Positions 24,620 through 32,028 of a stretch of 35,933 bases of DNA are shown piece after piece; the stretch's first letter is position 1; every line of letters starts with the position of its first letter. This DNA is from an archaeon (GTDB taxonomy: Archaea > Nanobdellota > Nanobdellia > WJKC01). Location: positions 1 through 35,933 of the forward strand of contig WJKC01000005.1 of NCBI GenBank assembly GCA_014729335.1. The letters are read 5' to 3'. The notes beneath the pieces were generated by a model, which saw nothing but the letters and a program-made list of their open reading frames with translations, did no database searches and was not told the origin of the DNA. The translations under genes were made by a program, and so were the position numbers.

Positions 24620-24880
24620 TTACGAAAAAGAGTACTTCTTCCTGATTGACTCATGAACAACCCACACGCAGCTCAGACCCTTAGGAAATACCACCCAGTC
24701 GCCTGGTCCAAAACTAACCTCTTGATTATCAGCCTTAACAGTTGCCCTGCCCTTAATGATATAACAAGTCTCCACCTCATCATAGTGCCATTCAAAAGTG
24801 CTGGGCTCACAGCTCCACTCAGGCCAGGACTCAACCTCCCTTACATCGGCCTCAGTAGCCTCTCTCACCTTTATTTTCAT
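24620..24880 (-). CDS. Small cupin-domain protein (DUF861/cupin_3-like)
   Basis: 86 aa. WSCEPSTFEWHYDEVETCYIIKGRATV...FGPGDWVVFPKGLSCVW matches the single-barrel cupin_3 pattern. Confidence 0.7.
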   Translation of the reverse strand: MKIKVREATEADVREVESWPEWSCEPSTFEWHYDEVETCYIIKGRATVKADNQEVSFGPGDWVVFPKGLSCVWVVHESIRKKYSFS

Positions 24881-24959
24881 TAAGAAACCTAAAATAATCC
24901 TTGATTTAAAAGAATATGGGAATTCTTAAATATAACCCATAACTCAGTATTAGATAAGG

Positions 24960-26015
24960 ATGGATGAATTATTATTAAGGATGATGGGCCCGTTACTAAG
25001 AGCCATATACTTAATCCCGTTCGCCAGTTTCTTCATAATTAATAAGAGGAAAAAAGAGTTTGTCTACGAAACCGCTTATGACTCAATACTAGTGGGGATA
25101 ATCTTCGGCATACTGCACATATCATCATCATTCATAGTTGAAGGATTAATATTCACCGGGTCACTGCCAATAAACAACCCTAATGACTTATCAACCTACC
25201 AATTAATACCTAACGTATTCTTATTCATCTCATCAGGCTTGTTATTAATGGCATTGTACAAGGAGAGTAAGAAGATAATATCAAAATCAGACATAATCAA
25301 CATCACAATATACATATTACTAATATCCAGTGTAACTGCTTTCACTAATGAGAACCTATTATTCAGGTTAAACATAATATTATACTTCGTAGCCATCTAC
25401 TTCCTAATAAACACCCTGGTATTAACAGGTTTTTTCCTAGAGAAATACCAGCAAGACTATTACTTCGCAATCATAGGAGCAGTTATACTAACACTTGACC
25501 CGCTAATCTACCTGACAATGTATAATACTGTCTTCAACACCTTCCCGTCTCTTGACATGTTCTATTATTACAGGTACGCCCGCTACCTGGTAGGCTCAAT
25601 AGCCATCAGCTTCTTATTAATCCCGCACCTAAGATTCGCGCTGAAGTTGAAAAAGAAGAAAATAGTTGGTTACAGTAAAGAGGATACACTGGTTGAGAAC
25701 ACTATTAAACGATTATTCAACGAGACTCAGAAAATCTACGGCAGAGCAACCGGCAAGATATTCAAGAAAAGCTGCAACTTATACAAAAAAGAATTTAATA
25801 AAAAGATAGAGTGTCATAAACCATTTGAGTTCGAGAACTTATCCTACAGGGAGCAGAAAGAGTACCTTAAACTAATACTAAACATTTATGAAGAACTGCT
25901 CAGTGATAAATTAACCACTGCCCTACTAAAATCAATAAAAGACAATAAAAATGATGGGTTAATAGCTGAATGCGCGCCAAAAAAGGACATCAAGGATATA
26001 ATACTAAAAGTTTAA
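24960..26015 (+). CDS. Polytopic membrane protein with a Lys-rich cytoplasmic C-terminal domain (hypothetical)
   Basis: About 7 hydrophobic helices in the first ~225 aa, then a ~125-aa charged soluble tail. No recognisable catalytic motif. Confidence 0.6.
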   Translation: MDELLLRMMGPLLRAIYLIPFASFFIINKRKKEFVYETAYDSILVGIIFGILHISSSFIVEGLIFTGSLPINNPNDLSTYQLIPNVFLFISSGLLLMALYKESKKIISKSDIINITIYILLISSVTAFTNENLLFRLNIILYFVAIYFLINTLVLTGFFLEKYQQDYYFAIIGAVILTLDPLIYLTMYNTVFNTFPSLDMFYYYRYARYLVGSIAISFLLIPHLRFALKLKKKKIVGYSKEDTLVENTIKRLFNETQKIYGRATGKIFKKSCNLYKKEFNKKIECHKPFEFENLSYREQKEYLKLILNIYEELLSDKLTTALLKSIKDNKNDGLIAECAPKKDIKDIILKV

Positions 26016-26665
26016 TAACTATAATCAAGAGCCACTCTAAGAACCTCTCTAAGATTACCCCATATGCTATTAATATTACTCCTTCTTAGAACTCCTTTAA
26101 CATTCATGTAAGTCCATCTTAAACCAGTCTGAGCTAAACTAACTGCTTTCTTCTTATTAAACAAGAAAAGAAAAGCAGCCATTAAGCACGCGCCCACTCC
26201 TGGAAGCGGCGCCTTAAATTTATCCCAGAAACCAATACTAGGATTTAAATCCTTAATCAAGTCCTCTCCATAAACAACTTTTCCTTCGCGCTTGATGTTG
26301 CTCCAGATAACCCCTTTAGGGATTAATAATTTAGAGAGCAACCGGCTGTCGCAGAAATTAAACCTCTTCTTACGCCAGCCCCCCTCATCAAATAAGAATA
26401 TATTCTTCTTAAAACCAATCAGGTTAAGGAAACGAGCAATCCTTAACTCAAGCCAGGTGTCACCTTCAACTGACAAGTCATCCTCTAAATCGTTAAGCTC
26501 TTTAACAAGCTCTTTAGTCTTGTCCTTAACAACCACTATCAGGTCAACATCACTGTCACCATTATAGTCGCCACGAGCATAGCTGCCAAAAACCATTATT
26601 GAAACAAGATTCTTTTTACCAACAACTTTCTTAACCTGTTTTGATAAAGTCTTCAGATTAACCAT
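26012..26665 (-). CDS. Nucleotidyltransferase-domain protein (Pol-beta superfamily, minimal NTase-like N-terminus)
   Basis: Signature is IMVFGSYARGDYNGDSDVDLIVVV (G-S...D-x-D). An uncharacterised ~150-aa C-terminal part contains one hydrophobic stretch. Confidence 0.7.
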   Translation of the reverse strand: MVNLKTLSKQVKKVVGKKNLVSIMVFGSYARGDYNGDSDVDLIVVVKDKTKELVKELNDLEDDLSVEGDTWLELRIARFLNLIGFKKNIFLFDEGGWRKKRFNFCDSRLLSKLLIPKGVIWSNIKREGKVVYGEDLIKDLNPSIGFWDKFKAPLPGVGACLMAAFLFLFNKKKAVSLAQTGLRWTYMNVKGVLRRSNINSIWGNLREVLRVALDYSY

Positions 26666-26747
26666 TAAGAACGGATTAAGAGTCTTCCTTTAAAAAGTTT
26701 TACCTATCAAAAATATTTAAAAAAGAAAGTGATAATCTAAACCTATA

Positions 26748-27800
26748 ATGTTAGGAGTATTCACTGACACATCGTCAAGAGTAGGCGGGGCTGAGCAGAG
26801 CATAAGGAACTGGTTTAAAGGGGAGCGGGTTAAGATTTTCTCCTCAAACCTTGAGAAGTTAATGAATATTAAATCAACATCTTATGACAATGAGATAAAA
26901 TATAACTTTAACTGGTTTAACTGGCCGTTAACACTAAGAAACCTTAGAAAAAGGATAAAACAACACGAGATTAACAAGGCGTTAATCAACCTGACAATCG
27001 GGCCAATAGGTATTGGCGGCTCATTATTTGTTAAGAAAAGAATAGTTAACTTTCACACTGATATAGAGTTTATAGAAAAAGCAATACCCAGGGTTTTCAG
27101 AGGAATAATTAGGCGTTCACTAAAAATAATCTGCCAGAAAGCCACTGAGTTAATAACTCCCTCAAAGCGGACTAGGGAGTTCTTAATTAACAATAACTGG
27201 CATGATAAAGTCACGGTTGTCAGCCCGGGCGTTGACATGAAGTTATTCAAAAAGGATGTTAAGAAAAGAAAACTAACCAGGCAGCGACTAGGAGTAAAAG
27301 ATGATGAGTTCTTAATGATTGACGTATCCAGGTTAACCCTTGATAAAAACCTCCCTGAACTAATCAAGACTGCTAACAAACTTGTTAATAAAAAAGTTAA
27401 GTTATTACTAGTTGGCGAAGGCAAGGAGGAGAAGATGCTAAAGGAGATAGCTGGCAGCAACGTTATATTTCAAGGATTCGTGCCCCATGAAGAGCTTGTT
27501 AATTATTATAACGCTGCTGACTTAATGACCCACCCGAGCAGTACAGAGTCTCTGGGGCTAAGCATGGCTGAGGCAATGGCCTGCAAGGTCCCTGTTATCA
27601 GCAATAAGTCAAAAGGGGCGATGGACTTAGTTAAAGGGGCAGGGGTTATCTATAAGGACTTAGAAAAAGAGGTGCTGAGGTTACTGGACGATGATAAAGA
27701 GCGCAAGAGGATTGGCAGGAAGTGCCACTCAAGGATTAAAAAAGAACACGACTTAGAGAAAGCAAAGGCTAAGATAAAGAAGGTGATTAATAACTTATGA
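26748..27800 (+). CDS. Glycosyltransferase, GT4 (group 1) family
   Basis: C-terminal GT-B motif is LLLVGEGKEE...FQGFVPHEELVNYYNAADLMTHPSSTESLGLSMAEAMACKVPVIS (E-x7-E). Confidence 0.8.
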   Translation: MLGVFTDTSSRVGGAEQSIRNWFKGERVKIFSSNLEKLMNIKSTSYDNEIKYNFNWFNWPLTLRNLRKRIKQHEINKALINLTIGPIGIGGSLFVKKRIVNFHTDIEFIEKAIPRVFRGIIRRSLKIICQKATELITPSKRTREFLINNNWHDKVTVVSPGVDMKLFKKDVKKRKLTRQRLGVKDDEFLMIDVSRLTLDKNLPELIKTANKLVNKKVKLLLVGEGKEEKMLKEIAGSNVIFQGFVPHEELVNYYNAADLMTHPSSTESLGLSMAEAMACKVPVISNKSKGAMDLVKGAGVIYKDLEKEVLRLLDDDKERKRIGRKCHSRIKKEHDLEKAKAKIKKVINNL

Positions 27801-28417
27801 TTAAATTACTTAAAAAATTTAAGAAATACAACAGGGATAAGGTTAGTTTAAAGGATTTCTACGAGATTGAGGCAACGCTTCCAGGATTCATTAAGAACTT
27901 CAGCCTGTACTTTGGCAGGGACAAATTAAAGAAGATACTATCACTGGTTAAGCTGAAAAAGGATTCATTAATACTTGACCTCGGGTGCGGCACTGGCTAC
28001 CTTACCCGGATGCTGCGGGAGAAGAATTACAAGGTTATTGGAATAGACATCTCAGAGAAGAGGATTAAAGAAGCTGGCAAGGATTTCCTAGTGGGTGACG
28101 CTTCAAAACCGCCTTTCAAGGATAAGGTTTTTGACTGCGTCATTGCCTCAGACGTTATTGAACACCTGCCAGATGATTTAAATAATATCATTAAAAGGTT
28201 AAAAAAACTAGTTAAGAAAAAGGGGAAGATGATAATATCAGTGCCCTATGGGATAGGGAATAATGACAAAGGACACATACATAGACTAAGCATCCCTGAA
28301 TGGGAATCCCTGTTCAAGAATAACAACCTAGAGATTAAAGCCAAGAAAGCAGCTAATTACTCATTATTCAACATTAAGTTACCAATAAAAATGAATCACG
28401 TGTACTTATTAAAATGA
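27797..28417 (+). CDS. Class I SAM-dependent methyltransferase
   Basis: Motif I ILDLGCGTGYLT, motif II-like FDCVIASDVIEHL. ATGA overlap with the GT4 gene. Confidence 0.8.
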   Translation: MIKLLKKFKKYNRDKVSLKDFYEIEATLPGFIKNFSLYFGRDKLKKILSLVKLKKDSLILDLGCGTGYLTRMLREKNYKVIGIDISEKRIKEAGKDFLVGDASKPPFKDKVFDCVIASDVIEHLPDDLNNIIKRLKKLVKKKGKMIISVPYGIGNNDKGHIHRLSIPEWESLFKNNNLEIKAKKAANYSLFNIKLPIKMNHVYLLK

Positions 28418-29007
28418 CATCACTACTTTACAAGTCGCCGAGACTCTACCACGCAATAATAAAATTAATCTATGGCAAGGATTTCAACAATCGTTATAAA
28501 GAAATAGCTAAGATAATCGGGAAGAACAAAAAAGTCCTTGACTTAGGGTGCGGTACTGGCGAGCTAAAAAAACACCTGGACGAGTCATGCACTTACGAGG
28601 GGTGGGACTTAAACCAGAAGTTCATCAAAGCAGGCAAAGAGAAAGGATTAAATGTTAAGCTAAAGAACATTTTCAACTTCAAAAAATACCCTGAGAGCGA
28701 CGTCATAGTAATATCTGACTTATTGCACCACGTGATACCAAGGCACATGGAGTTAATAAGAAAAGCTAAGAAAAACACGAAGAAATTAGTGATAATGGAG
28801 CCGTTCGTCACAATCAACCGTGATTCAAGGATTATGAGGTGGCTGTCAAAGCTATGGGACAGCACCCTGGGGGATAATGACGGGATAAACAGTTTTGAAC
28901 AAAGGTCCAAGTGGTTCAGGACCAAAGAAGAAGTCCACGAGTTCTTCAAGAGCTTAAACCCTGAATTAATCAAGGAAGTGGGCCCGGAATACCTAGTTGT
29001 ATTATAA
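28414..29007 (+). CDS. Class I SAM-dependent methyltransferase
   Basis: Motif I VLDLGCGTGEL, then DVIVISDLLHHV. ATGA overlap with the upstream methyltransferase. Confidence 0.75.
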   Translation: MTSLLYKSPRLYHAIIKLIYGKDFNNRYKEIAKIIGKNKKVLDLGCGTGELKKHLDESCTYEGWDLNQKFIKAGKEKGLNVKLKNIFNFKKYPESDVIVISDLLHHVIPRHMELIRKAKKNTKKLVIMEPFVTINRDSRIMRWLSKLWDSTLGDNDGINSFEQRSKWFRTKEEVHEFFKSLNPELIKEVGPEYLVVL

Positions 29008-29014
29008 AATAATA

Positions 29015-29030
29015 AAAGAAATGCTTAAAA
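29015..29030 (+). promoter_or_regulatory. Shared tRNA promoter motif aaagaaatgcttaaaa (tRNA-Ile locus)
   Basis: Identical 16-mer to 30799-30814 upstream of tRNA-Glu and contains a TATA-like cttaaaa. It ends 28 nt before the pseudo 5' end gagcctg at 29058, not before the real tRNA 5' end. Confidence 0.5.
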
Positions 29031-29056
29031 GATGATTCATACTTTGAAACTCTTAT

Positions 29057-29086
29057 TGAGCCTGGCAGCGTAAAGCAAAAGGCTCA
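29057..29086 (+). repeat. Acceptor-stem-mimicking leader of tRNA-Ile (copies of both acceptor strands around a 16-nt loop)
   Basis: tgagcctg (29057-29064) repeats the tRNA 5' end tgagcctg (29092-29099). aggctca (29080-29086) repeats the 3' acceptor strand plus discriminator (29183-29189). gagcct/aggctc can form a 6-bp helix. Confidence 0.8.
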
Positions 29087-29092
29087 TGAAAT

Positions 29093-29189
29093 GAGCCTGT
29101 AGCTCAGCTTGGTTAGAGCGCTGGTCTTATATGACCGTGTTCCAATCTAGGGAAACCAGAGGTCCCGAGTTCAAATCTCGGCAGGCTCA
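29093..29189 (+). tRNA. tRNA-Ile (anticodon TAT) with a 22-nt intron at the canonical 37/38 position, no encoded CCA
   Basis: Acceptor gagcctg/caggctc plus a. D stem gctc/gagc. Anticodon stem ctggt (29121-29125)/accag (29155-29159). Loop is c-t-TAT-a-[intron 29132-29153 tgaccgtgttccaatctaggga]-a. T stem ccgag/ctcgg with loop ttcaaat. Confidence 0.8.
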
Positions 29190-29215
29190 TAAAGAAAGGA
29201 TTGAGCTTGCTGATT

Positions 29216-29246
29216 TAACACTTTAGTGTTATTATCGGCAGGCTTA
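29216..29246 (+). repeat. tRNA-Ile trailer module: hairpin plus a copy of the tRNA 3' end
   Basis: Hairpin taacac-ttta-gtgtta (29216-29231), then tta, then tcggcaggct (29235-29244). This is identical to tRNA positions 29178-29187 (T-stem 3' strand plus acceptor 3' strand). Extended to the discriminator, 11 of 12 nt match. Confidence 0.8.
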
Positions 29247-29272
29247 ATTTATTTAATTATTAGTGTAAAGTC

Positions 29273-30007
29273 ATGAAAATCTCAGAGCACAACAAGGAAT
29301 TATATGAAAGAGAATTCTATAACTACAAAACCTATCACAAGGTTCATGGAGATAAAATAAAGAAGATGATAAGGCTGGTTAGCAGCAGTCCAAAAAAGAT
29401 TCTTGATATTGGCTGCGGTGACGGCTGGACTGGCAAGTTACTGAAGGATGAGTATAAAGCAGAGGTTCACGGGGTTGACATTGCAGAGAAAGCACTAAAG
29501 AGTGCTAAGAAGAAAGGACTTAAAACCAAGAAGTTCGACCTAGCTAAGAGCAAATGGCCCTACAAGGATGACTACTTTGACCTAATAATCGCCGGCGACA
29601 TCATTGAACACGTTTATGACACAGAGAACTTCGTAAAGGAGTGCCACAGGATACTCAAGAAAGGAGGGGAGTTGATAATCTCCACCCCTAATATTAACTC
29701 CTACCAGAACAGGTTCCTGGTATTAATAGGGAAAATGCCTTTATGGATTGACTACGCCCCAAACCTAAAATCATACAAACACTATAAAACAACTGGCCAC
29801 GTCAGGGTTTTTAACAAGAAAACACTAACAAGACTATTGGAAACATACGGTTTCAAAGTTGATAAACTAACAGGGGCGGGGTTAGTAGGCGACGCTGAAC
29901 TAATGAACCTTCCTAAAACAGTAGTAAAGATTGGTAACAAGATTGAAAAATTCTTATCACACTTCACCAGCATTGCCTCATTATTAATAATTAAGGTGGT
30001 TAAGTGA
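29273..30007 (+). CDS. Class I SAM-dependent methyltransferase (type 11-like)
   Basis: Motif I ILDIGCGDGWTG, then FDLIIAGDIIEHV and GGELIISTPN. Confidence 0.8.
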   Translation: MKISEHNKELYEREFYNYKTYHKVHGDKIKKMIRLVSSSPKKILDIGCGDGWTGKLLKDEYKAEVHGVDIAEKALKSAKKKGLKTKKFDLAKSKWPYKDDYFDLIIAGDIIEHVYDTENFVKECHRILKKGGELIISTPNINSYQNRFLVLIGKMPLWIDYAPNLKSYKHYKTTGHVRVFNKKTLTRLLETYGFKVDKLTGAGLVGDAELMNLPKTVVKIGNKIEKFLSHFTSIASLLIIKVVK

Positions 30008-30786
30008 ATAAGTACTTAGAACTAATGAGGCCGAGGCACTTAGTGGGCTGCGCTCTTATATTCTTAATGGGGGCTGCCTTGTTCTGGCGCGTTAACAACT
30101 ACCTTAACAGCAACTTAATACTAGGCTTAATCGCTTTCTTACTAACTTACTCATCAGTATACATCTATAATAATTTAATGGATATAGAGTATGATAAGAA
30201 GCACTATGTTAAATGGAAGAAGGAGAGACCGCTGCCTAAAGGATTGATTAGTGAGTCAACTGCCAAGCGAGTGATTATAACTAACCTAGTTATTGGTTTA
30301 ACTATTAGTTTCTTCATTAACTACGCCACGTTCATGGTTAATCTCGGGTTATTCACACTTAACTTTATTTACTCAGCCTTCAGGTTGAAAAATAATCCGA
30401 AGATAGGTAACATATTTATAATCAGCTCCCAGTTCCTGAAAATACTAAACGGGTGGGTGGTTAACTCAGCCAGCATTAACGGGCTGCCATTAACCATTCC
30501 ATTACTATACGCCTGCATTTACGGGTTACTAATATCAATCTACAAAAAAAAGTTCTTCAAGAGCAGAGGTCAGAAAAGAAAGTACATGCTAGTACTAGGA
30601 TTAATCACTCTGTCACTAATACCCGCCTCCATGATTATATACCCAACCACGACGGGGTTTATAAACAAAGTAATAATCCTATTAGTGATTGGAGCAGTCC
30701 CATTAAAAGTTTTCAGCAAGGATGTTAACAAATACTTCAATAAGGGTTTAAAAGTTAACTTAATTGTTAACTCAATAGTATTCTAA
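30004..30786 (+). CDS. UbiA-family polyprenyltransferase
   Basis: About 8 TM helices. First Asp-rich motif is YIYNNLMDIEYDKKH (N-x3-D-x3-D), followed by RPLPKG. GTG start overlaps the upstream stop (GTGA). Confidence 0.7.
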   Translation: MNKYLELMRPRHLVGCALIFLMGAALFWRVNNYLNSNLILGLIAFLLTYSSVYIYNNLMDIEYDKKHYVKWKKERPLPKGLISESTAKRVIITNLVIGLTISFFINYATFMVNLGLFTLNFIYSAFRLKNNPKIGNIFIISSQFLKILNGWVVNSASINGLPLTIPLLYACIYGLLISIYKKKFFKSRGQKRKYMLVLGLITLSLIPASMIIYPTTTGFINKVIILLVIGAVPLKVFSKDVNKYFNKGLKVNLIVNSIVF

Positions 30787-30798
30787 GCATTGTTATAT

Positions 30799-30814
30799 AA
30801 AGAAATGCTTAAAA
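30799..30814 (+). promoter_or_regulatory. Shared tRNA promoter motif aaagaaatgcttaaaa (tRNA-Glu locus)
   Basis: Identical 16-mer to 29015-29030. It ends 29 nt before tRNA-Glu position +1. Confidence 0.5.
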
Positions 30815-30842
30815 AGGGAAGTAAGTTTTTATTCCAATAATT

Positions 30843-30917
30843 GCTCCTGTAGTCTAGCCTGGTCAAGGACACTGGCCTTTCAAGCCAGTAACCCGGGTTC
30901 AAATCCCGGCAGGAGCA
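30843..30917 (+). tRNA. tRNA-Glu (anticodon TTC), no intron, no encoded CCA
   Basis: Acceptor gctcctg/caggagc plus a. D stem gtct/ggac. Anticodon stem ctggc/gccag with loop ctTTCaa. 4-nt variable loop. T stem ccggg/cccgg with loop ttcaaat. Confidence 0.9.
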
Positions 30918-30948
30918 GCTTACATTCACTTCACTGGTTGCGACTGAC

Positions 30949-30988
30949 GGTTCAAAAATCAATAGATTTTTGTTACCGGCAGGAGCAG
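30949..30988 (+). repeat. tRNA-Glu trailer module: GGTTCA-hairpin-TGTTA plus a 13-nt copy of the tRNA 3' end
   Basis: ggtt + hairpin caaaaatc-aata-gatttttg (30953-30972) + tta + ccggcaggagcag (30976-30988). The last block is identical to 30906-30918 (T-stem 3' strand, acceptor 3' strand, discriminator, +1). Confidence 0.85.
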
Positions 30989-31162
30989 ACCCTCTTTCTT
31001 TTAGAAAAAGAAAAAGTCTTCTAAGCCAAAAAGAAAACCACTACGCTCGAAATATACACCCAAACTGCAAAATGACGACTCTACACGCAGTGTAGTTGTC
31101 AGCAGGAGTAAAGCGAGCCAGTGGCATTAAGTTTTTAAAGCAGCCTATTAATTAAGAGATTA

Positions 31163-31831
31163 ATGAGTAATAGTATAAAAAAGGATTTCACAATAGTTGT
31201 TGGTTTAATAATCACTCTGCCACTGCCTTTTATTGGTTTCATGTTATGGGTTTACTCAGAGTTACTAAGCGGTTTATGGTTCTACTTATTTCTTCCATTA
31301 ATGCTAATGACCTGCTTCTTCACTTACCTGGTGTCAATTATTGGCTTATCAATCTTTTACTATAAACTGCAGGAGCCGTTAAAGGAGGGTGTTTTCAGCA
31401 CTGACTCTAAGGAGATGAAGTCATGGATAGCTTCACAATTAGTGCTAAACATCATAGCTTTCTTCCGCAACCTGAGGATACCGCCGCCAGCCATAAGAAG
31501 GCTTTACTGCAACACTTTCAGAACCCGCTTTGGCAACATATTAGTGCACGCAGGGTTTGTGGAGCACTCGTTAGTTGATGTAGGTGATAACGTTGTCATA
31601 GGCAACAACTCAGAAATATGGGGTCACATGATAAAAGGGGATGAGATAATCATCAAAAAAGTCAGGATAGGTAACAACGTGACTATCGGCGCTAAGTCCC
31701 TAGTGATGCCTGGAGTAGAGATTGGCAACGGGACAATAGTTGGGGCGTGCTCACTAGTGCCAAAAAACAAGAAACTAGAACCAAACTCTCTATACCTTGG
31801 TATTCCTGTAAGGAAAGTTAAGGATTTATAA
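31163..31831 (+). CDS. Membrane-anchored hexapeptide-repeat (left-handed beta-helix) acyl/acetyltransferase
   Basis: Two to three N-terminal TM helices, then LbH repeats VDVGDNVVIGNNSEIWGHMI...VRIGNNVTIGAKSLVMPGVEIGNGTIVGACSLV. Confidence 0.75.
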   Translation: MSNSIKKDFTIVVGLIITLPLPFIGFMLWVYSELLSGLWFYLFLPLMLMTCFFTYLVSIIGLSIFYYKLQEPLKEGVFSTDSKEMKSWIASQLVLNIIAFFRNLRIPPPAIRRLYCNTFRTRFGNILVHAGFVEHSLVDVGDNVVIGNNSEIWGHMIKGDEIIIKKVRIGNNVTIGAKSLVMPGVEIGNGTIVGACSLVPKNKKLEPNSLYLGIPVRKVKDL

Positions 31832-32028
31832 CCCTAATGTTTAAAAAGGAGGCGTAACTTTGTTCTCAATATGCGATTAGAATACCTGGGTGGGAACCCC
31901 TAAAAAGAAGCACAGCAGCAGGAAGTGGAAAAAGAAACACTCCTGTCGCCACAGCACTAAAAAGAACAGAATGAAGAAACGTAAGAGAAAGCGCAAGCTC
32001 AAAAAAGGATAAAAGATAAAACTTACTT

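Noticed and set aside
29031-29215. C/D-box sRNA-like motifs near tRNA-Ile (gatgatt at 29031-29037, ctga at 29210-29213).
   Set aside because: The motifs are imperfect and about 175 nt apart with a tRNA between them. No C'/D' boxes or terminal stem are present.
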